Positions 48,625 to 56,801 of a stretch of 64,000 nucleotides of DNA are shown here, in pieces. The notes beneath the pieces are model-generated. The model was not told the DNA's origin. It saw only the letters and a program-made list of their open reading frames with translations, and ran no database searches. Source of the DNA: a virus. The position numbers were made by a program, and so were the translations under genes. The DNA is taken from IMG/VR virus record IMGVR_UViG_3300019360_000002, positions 19,536-83,535 of that record; one strand, written 5' to 3'. Position 1 is the first letter of the stretch. Each line of letters starts with the position of its first letter.

Positions 48625-49371
48625 TTATCCCTCGTCCCGGACTTCCATGCGGTAGAACACGCCGGGCGGTGCACTCGGCCCGGTGAGAAACAGGAGCAGT
48701 ACGTCGAAGCTGTCGTCGAACGGGCGGTTGAACACGAAGGAGCTGGCCGCCGCTACTGCGACCACACCCGGGGTCAGGTCGGTATCCTTCGGCCCAGATC
48801 CGCCTGCGATGTTGAGCGAACGGCCAACCACGCGCACGCCGATCGCCGCCGCCCCTGGGTTCGCCACGTTGACGAACAGCGTCTTGCGCCCGTAGCAGTA
48901 GATGAAGGCGATGAGGCTTTCGCCGGCCGGTACGCCGATATTGTCCTGGGCGAACTTCGGCACGCGCCGAGTCGCTCTTGTCACATGTGGCTTGAGCGCA
49001 AACCAGATGTCGACGAACGGCGCAGGGTCGGCAGGGGCGCCCAGAAGAGCGGTGGTGTCGATCGGCCTGCCGCCTTGGATGATGAGGCGCGTAGGCTGGC
49101 CGTTCGGCGGCGGCAGTCGGAAGGTGATGGGCGCCCAAGGCGCGAGCTGGGCGCTGTTCAGCTCCAGCGTGGAGACAACAGGCGTAGGCCAGCTCACACT
49201 GAACAGATCCAGGTCGGACATGCCGCCGACCATGATGCCGGCCACACCGCTCGGCAATTCGAAGAGCGCAGGGAAGCGCACGTCGTCGATGTCGCCCGTG
49301 AGGCGATACACATCGTCGCCGCGCTGGATGGCCTGGCTGATTGAATCACCGTTGTTCGGGTTGATACCCAT
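48625..49371 (-). CDS. Beta-rich virion-like protein
   Basis: GAGGTG RBS; alternating hydrophobic beta pattern. Confidence 0.55.
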   Translation of the reverse strand: MGINPNNGDSISQAIQRGDDVYRLTGDIDDVRFPALFELPSGVAGIMVGGMSDLDLFSVSWPTPVVSTLELNSAQLAPWAPITFRLPPPNGQPTRLIIQGGRPIDTTALLGAPADPAPFVDIWFALKPHVTRATRRVPKFAQDNIGVPAGESLIAFIYCYGRKTLFVNVANPGAAAIGVRVVGRSLNIAGGSGPKDTDLTPGVVAVAAASSFVFNRPFDDSFDVLLLFLTGPSAPPGVFYRMEVRDEG

Positions 49372-49374
49372 GGG

Positions 49375-49794
49375 TCACCTCCGCCCCAAAACACGAGCAA
49401 GCATGGAGGAGATTGTCGGCGCCACGGCCCTCACCCCGTTTAGGATCTCCAGGAGCCACGGGTACGGCTCGACCTGGACCGACACCCGCTGAAGCGAGTC
49501 GGATGCGATGTAGAGACGCGTGAGCGGCACCATGACGATCTTCACATCTTCGTCCGCCGGCAGGAGGCGGCCCTTGCCGCTGCCCACTGGCATCAGCTCT
49601 TCCTGGTTGCCGACAGAGACCGGCCCCGGGCTTTCGAGTCGCAAGGTGATGAGCGACCAGTTGGGCAAGGACAGGAGCAGATCGGTCTGTCCTGGCGTGG
49701 TGAACACCGTGTAGATGTTGGTGGCGATACCGGTGTACAGATCGGGGCCGGTCGTGCCTGGCTGAATCGGAGTCTTCGTCGGAATCGGACCCAT
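49375..49794 (-). CDS. Beta-rich virion-like protein
   Basis: GGAGGT RBS; small jelly-roll-like pattern. Confidence 0.55.
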   Translation of the reverse strand: MGPIPTKTPIQPGTTGPDLYTGIATNIYTVFTTPGQTDLLLSLPNWSLITLRLESPGPVSVGNQEELMPVGSGKGRLLPADEDVKIVMVPLTRLYIASDSLQRVSVQVEPYPWLLEILNGVRAVAPTISSMLARVLGRR

Positions 49795-49796
49795 AG

Positions 49797-50465
49797 CTAC
49801 CTCCAGATGAGGAGCGCCAGGCCGGCTGCGGCGATGAGGCCGAATCCGAAGCCTGGCGAGCGCGGCAGCACCACGCCCTTGGGGAGCGCGTAGGTGATGC
49901 CGGCTGGGGCCGGTACCATGACCGGCACCCCTACGGTTGGGAAGGCGATCTGAGCGCCTTCATTCCACAAGGTTTCCACAGAGGTAGTGCGAGCCAGGAC
50001 TTTGCCAGCAGGATAACCGGACACGGTGACGTTCGGGTGTGCCTTTACGTACGCAAGCAGGGTTGGAAAGTGCGCCGAGCCGACGAGTGCTACCAGCTTG
50101 GTGACGGCGCCGATGCCGAGCGCGAATACGAGCCGCGCCATCTTCCACTGCTCGGGTGAGCCAGGCACAATGACCGGATAGCGAACCGCAATTCTGGCTG
50201 CCTCGATGTTGTACTCCAGGCCGGCGAGAAAGATGTTGCCCTCTGGGTCCTTGCGGACCTCGGGGTTTACGCCTACGGTGCGCGGGAAGCTTTCTGTAAT
50301 TTGGTAGTAACCAGCCTCTCCTAGACGAGGATCACCAGTGACCATGCGACCAGAGGATTCGTGGTCGGCAATGGCCGCAAAAAAGCCGACTGGCATGCCG
50401 CCACGATAGCGGTCAAGCTCGACACGATGCTGATCGTAGAACTTCTTGGCGCCAGAAACCGACAC
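49797..50465 (-). CDS. Lytic transglycosylase-like protein with a C-terminal TM anchor
   Basis: AIADHESSG (catalytic E), GYYQI, DPEGNI; terminal FGLIAAAGLALLIWR. Confidence 0.7.
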   Translation of the reverse strand: MSVSGAKKFYDQHRVELDRYRGGMPVGFFAAIADHESSGRMVTGDPRLGEAGYYQITESFPRTVGVNPEVRKDPEGNIFLAGLEYNIEAARIAVRYPVIVPGSPEQWKMARLVFALGIGAVTKLVALVGSAHFPTLLAYVKAHPNVTVSGYPAGKVLARTTSVETLWNEGAQIAFPTVGVPVMVPAPAGITYALPKGVVLPRSPGFGFGLIAAAGLALLIWR

Positions 50466-50497
50466 GCACGTTCGCTTCTACCGGGGAGAAGCCCAGT

Positions 50498-51088
50498 TTA
50501 GGCCTTCGGCTTGCACCTTGCAAGCAGCACGTCGCGGGCGGCATTCAAGCGCTTCATCGACTCTGTGGAGCCGCCCTTGTCCGAGTGGTAGATCTGGGCG
50601 AGCTGTTTGTAGCGTGCCTTGACCAGCTCCACGGTGAGCTTGGTGGCCGGTTCGAAGCCCAGGACCACCATGGGGTCCTCCACGGGCACCCGGCGAGGCG
50701 GAGGCGGCCCAGGAGGTACCTGGGGCCGCTTGGGCGGGACACCCTTTCGAGCGGCGTTCGCCTTCTCGGCGGCGGCCCTGGTACGGTCCCAGGCCTCTTT
50801 CACGGCCTCCCTGCGCTCGCCAGGGGCCTTGGGCGTCGATACCCGGTCCACGAGGTGGGCGAAGCCGTCTACGAAGCCCACAACGCGACCAAGCGCGCCT
50901 TGGACCCTGGGGTTATCGAACACGTCGTCGAGGAACTCGTCGACGATCTCGGCGCCCTCGGAGACCTCATCCTCCTCATCGCCATAGACCTCAGCCTCGT
51001 GCTCCTCGCAGAGCGGTGGGTTGCCTTCACCGACGCGGGTGCACTGACGACCGCGAACGAGAAAGGTGCACTTGCGCGAATTGGGCAT
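50498..51088 (-). CDS. J-domain protein (HSD variant) with an N-terminal Zn-finger-like motif
   Basis: DPMVVLG...VKARYKQLAQIYHSDKGGSTESMKRLNAARDVL; C..C..C..H at the N-terminus. Confidence 0.75.
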   Translation of the reverse strand: MPNSRKCTFLVRGRQCTRVGEGNPPLCEEHEAEVYGDEEDEVSEGAEIVDEFLDDVFDNPRVQGALGRVVGFVDGFAHLVDRVSTPKAPGERREAVKEAWDRTRAAAEKANAARKGVPPKRPQVPPGPPPPRRVPVEDPMVVLGFEPATKLTVELVKARYKQLAQIYHSDKGGSTESMKRLNAARDVLLARCKPKA

Positions 51089-51089
51089 G

Positions 51090-51467
51090 CTACGGAGCCG
51101 GCGGTAGGGTAGGAGGACGAGGCGTTACGTGGTTCTCTCGCTTCTTGTTCACCTTGGCGTCCGTCTTGTGACTCACAACCTCCCTCGGCCAGTTCTGCCG
51201 GATGCCAGCTCTGTCCACGCGGTCCATGGCGTAGTCGGTGGCGATCTCGTGCTTCTTCTCGGCCGAGTGCGGCGCCTTGCCCAGCTTGATGAGCACGCGC
51301 GCCTTCTCTTCTGCGAGCGCTACGCCGTCCTCCACCCTGAGGACCGAGCCGATCACCACCGTCATCGTGTTGGGCGGTTCGATAGAGCTGCCGCCGTCAG
51401 CGAAGGCAAGCGCCGTCCAGACCATGAGCACGCCGACGAACAGGCACAAGGACAAGACCCATTTCAT
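51090..51467 (-). CDS. Possible holin
   Basis: Hydrophobic N-terminus; V..AEE....SAEK...A..Y pattern reminiscent of LL-H-type holins; lysis context. Confidence 0.4.
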   Translation of the reverse strand: MKWVLSLCLFVGVLMVWTALAFADGGSSIEPPNTMTVVIGSVLRVEDGVALAEEKARVLIKLGKAPHSAEKKHEIATDYAMDRVDRAGIRQNWPREVVSHKTDAKVNKKRENHVTPRPPTLPPAP

Positions 51468-51531
51468 GAGAGAACCCTCGCTACCGGATAGCCAGAGGAT
51501 ATCACAGGTCACCGGTAGGGCGCCTTGATCG

Positions 51532-52125
51532 GTCGGTTTCGTCCCTTTCCGCTGGGGTCAACATCCTCGCCCCGGGCTATGCGCTCGATGATGTCGGAAC
51601 TTCTTCCCCGTTCCGCTGGGGTTGTCACCTGCTTGTTGGGACGCATGCGAATCCTCCCGTCTGCGTGTCGGAACTTCTTCCCCGTTCCGCGGTGGTTGTC
51701 ACGCGGCCAAGCAGCCTCATGCGCTTCCGGTCCACGTAGTCGGAACTTCTTCCCCGTTCCGCGGGGGTTGTCACGGCGCCGATGTTTGCCACGGCTGTCG
51801 GAACCTCTTCCCCGTTCCGCGGGGGTTGTCATCCGCTGCCTGCCACGAGTCACCTCTACAGCTTGACGGTCGGAACTTCTTCCCCGTTCCGCGGGGGTTG
51901 TCACCCGGTTGTCGTTGATGTAGATCTGGCACTTCAAGATCAGGTCGGAACTTATTCCCCGTTCCGCTGGGGTTGTCACAGGACTGTCCGTCATCATTGA
52001 TGGATGGTTTCCGTCGTCGGAACTTCTTCCCCGTTCCGCGGGGGTTGTCACCTGCGAACCCTTGCTCGCGTGGGCGTGCTACCGACCGAGTCGGAACTTC
52101 TTCCCCGTTCCGCGGGGGTTGTCAC
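51532..52125 (-). CRISPR. CRISPR array: 8 full 36-bp repeats plus one degenerate terminal repeat, 8 spacers
   Basis: Plus-strand repeat GTCGGAACTTCTTCCCCGTTCCGCGGGGGTTGTCAC at 51593, 51667, 51739, 51797, 51869, 51944, 52016, 52090; degenerate copy at ~51532-51562; unique spacers of ~30, 38, 36, 22, 36, 39, 36, 38 nt; decay at the left end implies minus-strand transcription. Confidence 0.97.
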
Positions 52126-53717
52126 GGCGCATCCTGATTCGCCTTGGCGGGTGCGGAGTTAATGCGGCGCTTGCGAGCGCCATCGCGCATCCGCTCCTGC
52201 CGCGCCGATAAGCCTGCGGATCCATTACCGGCGTCCGGGTCCAGCACGTGCGCGCTCGCGCTCGCTAGCAAGTTCGTGCCTGCCTGTTCGTCCTGGTCGG
52301 TCGCGACGCCGCAGCTCTGGCAGGTGAGCATGAGCTGGCGGCGCTCATCGTCCTTCCAGTCGTTTACATGCCCGCACTGGCAGCAGCGCAGTGTGGTGTC
52401 GGCGGCGGGGGCGTCGAGCACGATACAGCCGTGCGTGGCCTGGCGCAGCGTGGACACCAGCTCGCCGGGCGCGGCCCAGCGCTGGAGGATGCGCTCGTGG
52501 TGACGAGACGGCGCCTCGCCGTCGCGCTTCTCTCCGAACGTCGTCAGGCCGCTGTCATCCTCGACGGCGATCACCTCGTAGCGCCGTGTCCAGGTTGCGG
52601 CGAGTTGCCGGAATTGCTCCTGACGGATGTGCTGTGCGCGCCTTCGGTGCTCGGCCGCCTGGCGCACCGCCGAGCGCCACATGAGCGCGGCGGCAGGGGC
52701 AGTGCCCTCCGTCTTGAGTCTTGCAACCAGCGAAAGGAGGCGCTCTCGCTTGCGAGGCCACGCTATCTCGGGGTGATCGGCGCGCAGCGCGTTCTGGAGG
52801 TCATCGGCTTCGCCGTCGAGCCCAGCGGCGCGGGTGTAGAGCGTTTCGACGCGCGGATCGAGCCGCACCTCCTCCTGTCGTCCCGCCGAGTCGACGAGGT
52901 AGGCGAGGCGTACGCCGCCGTCGGGAAGCCTGCGCCAGCCCACGTCGAGGCCGGCACGGTCGCGCGATCCAGTTGACGCCCGATCCAGTCCCCGATCCGC
53001 TGGGGTCTCGCACACAAACTGCACGGTCCAGCGCACGAGTGGACCAACGGGCACACGCTTCGCCACCACCCACTTCACTACCGCGCCCTCGGCGATCGGC
53101 CGGTGGTAGCGGATCTGGAAGCGCGCGAAGATGGGTTCGCGGCCTTCAGACCCGATACGCAGGAGGGCGTCGGCCAAACAGCGACCTGCGCCACCGCCAT
53201 ACTTCTTGTCGCTGACCGCGAGGCGTACGCGCGTGTCTTCTCCGAGCAACTCCGTTACGGAGGCCCCGTTCTGGAGCTGGACGGCGATCAGGCCGCTGCG
53301 GTCCCAGCGACGAAAGGACGGACGCGGGCTCCGGCTCGCCTGCTCAGCCGCCTTTTCGACTTGGAGGTACGTTCCCCAGTACACACCACACACGGCACGC
53401 GCTCGCCGGATGATGTCTCGGTAGCGTTCGTTGATGGTCATGAGCACACTCTTCGCCGGTCCCGCTGCGGCGCGCTTTCGCGCTTCACGAACCATCTTCC
53501 AGGCGGCGTCTTTGTCGGCATGAGGCGCGTCGGGCGGGAGACTGAGCGCCGTGGCCCGTTCGTCGACGCTGTGCTCATCGAGAGTGTTAGAGACGGCACC
53601 GAAGCGAGCGCGCGCCATCTCCACGAGGAGGTTGTAGTAGCGGTGCGCCCGCCACAACTGGTCCTCGACATCACGCTCGTGATCCATGAGCCGCGCGCCG
53701 TACTTGTACACGATCAT
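52122..53717 (-). CDS. cas12m: Compact type V CRISPR effector, Cas12m (V-U1/C2c4)-like, 531 aa
   Basis: GAGGTG RBS; IVYKYG...QLWRAHRYYNLLV, GVYWGTY, FRRWDRSGLIAVQLQ, LRIGS...YHRPI; RuvC-I GLDVGWR, RuvC-II IAVEDD, WAAPGEL, Zn finger CCQCG/CQSCG, RuvC-III DQDEQAGTNL; abuts the array. Confidence 0.82.
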   Translation of the reverse strand: MIVYKYGARLMDHERDVEDQLWRAHRYYNLLVEMARARFGAVSNTLDEHSVDERATALSLPPDAPHADKDAAWKMVREARKRAAAGPAKSVLMTINERYRDIIRRARAVCGVYWGTYLQVEKAAEQASRSPRPSFRRWDRSGLIAVQLQNGASVTELLGEDTRVRLAVSDKKYGGGAGRCLADALLRIGSEGREPIFARFQIRYHRPIAEGAVVKWVVAKRVPVGPLVRWTVQFVCETPADRGLDRASTGSRDRAGLDVGWRRLPDGGVRLAYLVDSAGRQEEVRLDPRVETLYTRAAGLDGEADDLQNALRADHPEIAWPRKRERLLSLVARLKTEGTAPAAALMWRSAVRQAAEHRRRAQHIRQEQFRQLAATWTRRYEVIAVEDDSGLTTFGEKRDGEAPSRHHERILQRWAAPGELVSTLRQATHGCIVLDAPAADTTLRCCQCGHVNDWKDDERRQLMLTCQSCGVATDQDEQAGTNLLASASAHVLDPDAGNGSAGLSARQERMRDGARKRRINSAPAKANQDAP

Positions 53718-53847
53718 CGCTACACCTCGTCCTTCCGAAAGGATTGCAGCACAGTACGGGCCTTTCTAGGAACGCGTTTTCGCATCCAGTAGTTGTTCGC
53801 AGTAAAAGCACGCCAGCAGATCGTGTTCGGCAGCCTTCTTTACACGC

Positions 53848-54201
53848 TCACGCATCCGCGATCTTCTTACCCGCGATCAGCTTCATCCACGGGTTCTCCT
53901 CCGAGGCGTCGATGAGGGCGTCGAGGCAGCGGTTGAAGGTATCCTCGGGCACGTCGAGCTGGGTCATGAGGTAGTGGGCGAGGAAGGCCACGATGACCGT
54001 ACGCTCGAACACGTCGCCGGTTGCGAGCGACAAGCGGGCGACCAGCTCATCGAAAAACGGGCCGTGTTCCTCGATGATGGCCGTCATCTGCTTGCGAAGC
54101 TCGGTCTGCGCGGCGTGGAACGCCTCGTGCTCCTCTTCGGTGTGGTACCCGCCGCAGTCTTCGCACGCGGGTGGGATCTTGGTGGTCGGATCAGGCATCA
54201 C
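53848..54201 (-). CDS. Hypothetical protein
   Basis: AGGAG RBS; CEDC motif. Confidence 0.6.
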   Translation of the reverse strand: MMPDPTTKIPPACEDCGGYHTEEEHEAFHAAQTELRKQMTAIIEEHGPFFDELVARLSLATGDVFERTVIVAFLAHYLMTQLDVPEDTFNRCLDALIDASEENPWMKLIAGKKIADA

Positions 54202-54342
54202 TTCTTCTCCTTGTAGTTGGGACAGCCAGCCTTGGCGCCGGCCGCGACGGCTTGGGAACGAAACCGTTCTCGTCTTCCTGCTCGGTGTCGGTGATGCAGT
54301 GCGGGCAAACCACGTCGCCGCCGTTGGCGTAGCAAATCACGC

Positions 54343-54729
54343 TCATGTTTGTGTCTCCTCTCCTAGATCCTTCCACAGTTTCTTGCCCAGCCGAAATGCT
54401 GCCGTGTTGCCGTTCGCGCACGCCTCGTCGCCGTCGAAGCCTTGCAGGTACGAGATCACCCAGTCGAGGTCTACGCCGAGCGCCTCGGCGACCATCTCTT
54501 CGAGAAGGAACTCGCTCGTGAGCACGGCGGTGGATTCCTTCTCGGAGAGCAGGCACGCACACACCGGGCACACCTTCGGCGTCTTGGCCATCTTGCCGGC
54601 GGTCTTGGTGCAGCCGTCGTAGGTGCCGCAGGCGCCCTGGCACAGGCGCTTGCCCTGCTTGCCGACCTTCTTGATTGCGGCTCGCAAGTAATTGTCGGCG
54701 GCGAGGTCGGAGTAGCTCGCTTCGCTCAC
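54343..54729 (-). CDS. Zn-finger hypothetical protein
   Basis: CQGAC...CPVC; GTGA/ATGA coupling. Confidence 0.6.
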   Translation of the reverse strand: MSEASYSDLAADNYLRAAIKKVGKQGKRLCQGACGTYDGCTKTAGKMAKTPKVCPVCACLLSEKESTAVLTSEFLLEEMVAEALGVDLDWVISYLQGFDGDEACANGNTAAFRLGKKLWKDLGEETQT

Positions 54730-55003
54730 GGCAACCTGAGCTTGTGCTTGTTTGCGAACCGGCCCCAGCGGCGCGTGTTGAACAGCTCGTCGAGCCGTTG
54801 CTGGGCCTTGGCTTCTTTGGCTTTGCTCACTTTGGAGCCCGGCGAGCGCTCCATGAGGTCGTAGAGGGCCTTGGCCGCGTCCAAGGCGCCGCTGTTCACG
54901 GCGCGACCGTGGGCAGAACCCGGTTCCACCGTCGGTTCAGGCGCGATGTTGTAGGCCCCGAAGAGAGGGTCTTCGAACGTCCTCCGCTTGGGCAGGTTGA
55001 TTT

Positions 55004-55339
55004 TCATGCCCCGTTCAGCGCCAGCGACGCCGCCTCCAGGAGCATGCGCTGGGCCTGTCCAGCGGACCGACACACCGTGTCGTTCCACTCGACGGTGTCG
55101 AGGCCGGCACCGTTTCCACCCATATCCGTGACCACCACGGCGTCGGTGATCAGCAAGCACCTGCCGGTGCGCGATCCGATCTTGCTGGCTTGATCGGGAG
55201 ACTCGTCGCACGCCATGCGAATTACGAACGAGACGCAGTGACGCCCTTTCCCGTCAGTCCCGACGTTTCGGCACCAGCCGGTTGCCGACAGGATTGTGGC
55301 TGCCTTGTCGAGCAGCCGTGCTTCCATTTTTTTCTTCAT
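55004..55339 (-). CDS. Conserved small phage protein (DUF6197-like)
   Basis: LLDKAATIL...GWC...GRHC...EWND..RS......LLEAA; TGGAGGACGAC RBS. Confidence 0.6.
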   Translation of the reverse strand: MKKKMEARLLDKAATILSATGWCRNVGTDGKGRHCVSFVIRMACDESPDQASKIGSRTGRCLLITDAVVVTDMGGNGAGLDTVEWNDTVCRSAGQAQRMLLEAASLALNGA

Positions 55340-55470
55340 CGTCGTCCTCCAGATGCCCAGAACGCCAAAGGGGGCCGGCACTTGTGCGCCGACCCCCTTG
55401 GACGATCACAGTACGGGTGTTGTGCTCGCGTGAGCATAGCCTGCGCTCGCTCCGCTCGCGTGGGCCACGC

Positions 55471-56457
55471 CTACTCGGCGGCCTTCTTGCCCTTCTTGCC
55501 CTTCTTGCCGCCCTCGCCGGCCGCCCACTCCTTCGCCTTGGCCGCCGCCTCCTTCGCCTTCTCCTTGGCGTTGGCCTCGGCCGCCTTCACGAAGTCCTTC
55601 CAGTCCGAGCCCATGCGGCCGAGCGCGATGGAGCCCTGGGCGAAGCGCAGGGTGTCGAACACGCCCTGCACGTAGTCGGTGCGCTTGACCTCCTTCTCGT
55701 CGGTCTCGTCGACGATCTGGACCATGGCCTTCAGGATCTTCGTCCCCGGGCGGTCCGACTTGCCCGCCTTCGCCTTGGCGGCCTTGCGTGCCTTCGACTT
55801 GCCCGACCGGCCGCCCGAAGCGATCGCCTTGAGCGCCTCGTCGACGCCCTCCTCCTGCGTGTCGAAGTCGTACTTGCCGGGCTTGTCGTCCTCGCCCTCG
55901 ACCCACTTGGCGGTCTTGGCCAGGGTTTCCACCGTGTCATCGGCGAGCTTGCCCGACTTCCACGCCTTCTTGAGCGCCGGGCCGCACTTCTCCAGGGCGT
56001 CGAGCTTGCGCGACACCCAGGTCTCCGACTTGTGGAGCGCCTTGGCGATGGTCTTCTGGTTGTCGCCCATGAGCTTCAGCTCGGCGCACTGCACCGCGAT
56101 CTCGTACGAGGAGAGCGCGTCGCGCAGGATGTTGTCGGCGAGGGCGTTGTAGCGCGCGTCCTTGAGCGTGTCGCCGGAGACGAAGTGGCACGGCACGCCC
56201 TGGGAGAAGCCGTTGGCGCGGCCTTCCTCGATGAGCAGGGTGATCGCGGCCTCGCGGCGGAAGCCGCCCACGAGCACCATGATCTCCTCGCCGTCCTTCT
56301 GCGTCTTCCACACCTGGAGCGGGTTCAGAAGCCCCCGCGCCTCGATGTCGTCGGCGAGGTTCTTGATGTCCTCCAGCTTCTCGCGCGGGTTCTTGAAGCC
56401 GACCTCCTCGCCAGGGGTCAGCTCGTCGAGCTTGATGGTGTCGTAGTTTGAATCCAT
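55471..56457 (-). CDS. ParB/KorB-like CTPase-HTH DNA-binding protein
   Basis: NPR...LADDIEARGLLNPLQV...LVGGFRREAA; DNILRDALSSYE; HTH QKTIAKALHKSETWVSRKL; Lys/Ala-rich tail. Confidence 0.85.
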   Translation of the reverse strand: MDSNYDTIKLDELTPGEEVGFKNPREKLEDIKNLADDIEARGLLNPLQVWKTQKDGEEIMVLVGGFRREAAITLLIEEGRANGFSQGVPCHFVSGDTLKDARYNALADNILRDALSSYEIAVQCAELKLMGDNQKTIAKALHKSETWVSRKLDALEKCGPALKKAWKSGKLADDTVETLAKTAKWVEGEDDKPGKYDFDTQEEGVDEALKAIASGGRSGKSKARKAAKAKAGKSDRPGTKILKAMVQIVDETDEKEVKRTDYVQGVFDTLRFAQGSIALGRMGSDWKDFVKAAEANAKEKAKEAAAKAKEWAAGEGGKKGKKGKKAAE

Positions 56458-56492
56458 GTCACGTCCTCCGTTGGTTGCGGTTCGCAATCGGG

Positions 56493-56801
56493 CTAGCTCG
56501 GCAGAAGCGCCAGCTTGCCCACATCGATCCAGTCGAAGCGGAACCTCTCCGATCCGGCCTGCACCTTGATGATCTCGTCCAGCTTGTCGAACACCGTCTC
56601 CATGTCCTTCTTCGCGAGGGCCTTCCACTCCGCTTCGGTCTTGCCCTGCACGGTGACAGGGACGCCCAGCTCCTTGCCGGCGCGGAAAAAGGCGGCGAGC
56701 GGGGTGGTGTCGCTCCGCTTGTAGTAGGAGCGGGTGAGCTTCACGTACCTCTTGGCGACATCAGACACGGCGGCACCCTTGGGTGCCCTGGCAGTTTTCA
56801 T
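56493..56801 (-). CDS. Hypothetical protein
   Basis: GTGGAGGACGAC RBS before ATG 56801. Confidence 0.6.
   Translation of the reverse strand: MKTARAPKGAAVSDVAKRYVKLTRSYYKRSDTTPLAAFFRAGKELGVPVTVQGKTEAEWKALAKKDMETVFDKLDEIIKVQAGSERFRFDWIDVGKLALLPS

Noticed and set aside
51509-52051. 180-aa ORF (TTPAERGRSSD repeats) and other ORFs across the array
   Set aside because: These are translations of the CRISPR repeats, not a protein; the unique spacers and repeat structure explain them
52122-53717. Ordinary IS200/IS605 TnpB
   Set aside because: No TnpA or IS end hairpins were noticed; it is longer than typical TnpB, has Cas12m-type motifs and abuts a CRISPR array
55454-55465. Self-targeting by spacer 52052-52089 (shared GCTCGCGTGGGC)
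   Set aside because: Only 12 nt of GC-rich identity, with flanks that do not match; compatible with chance
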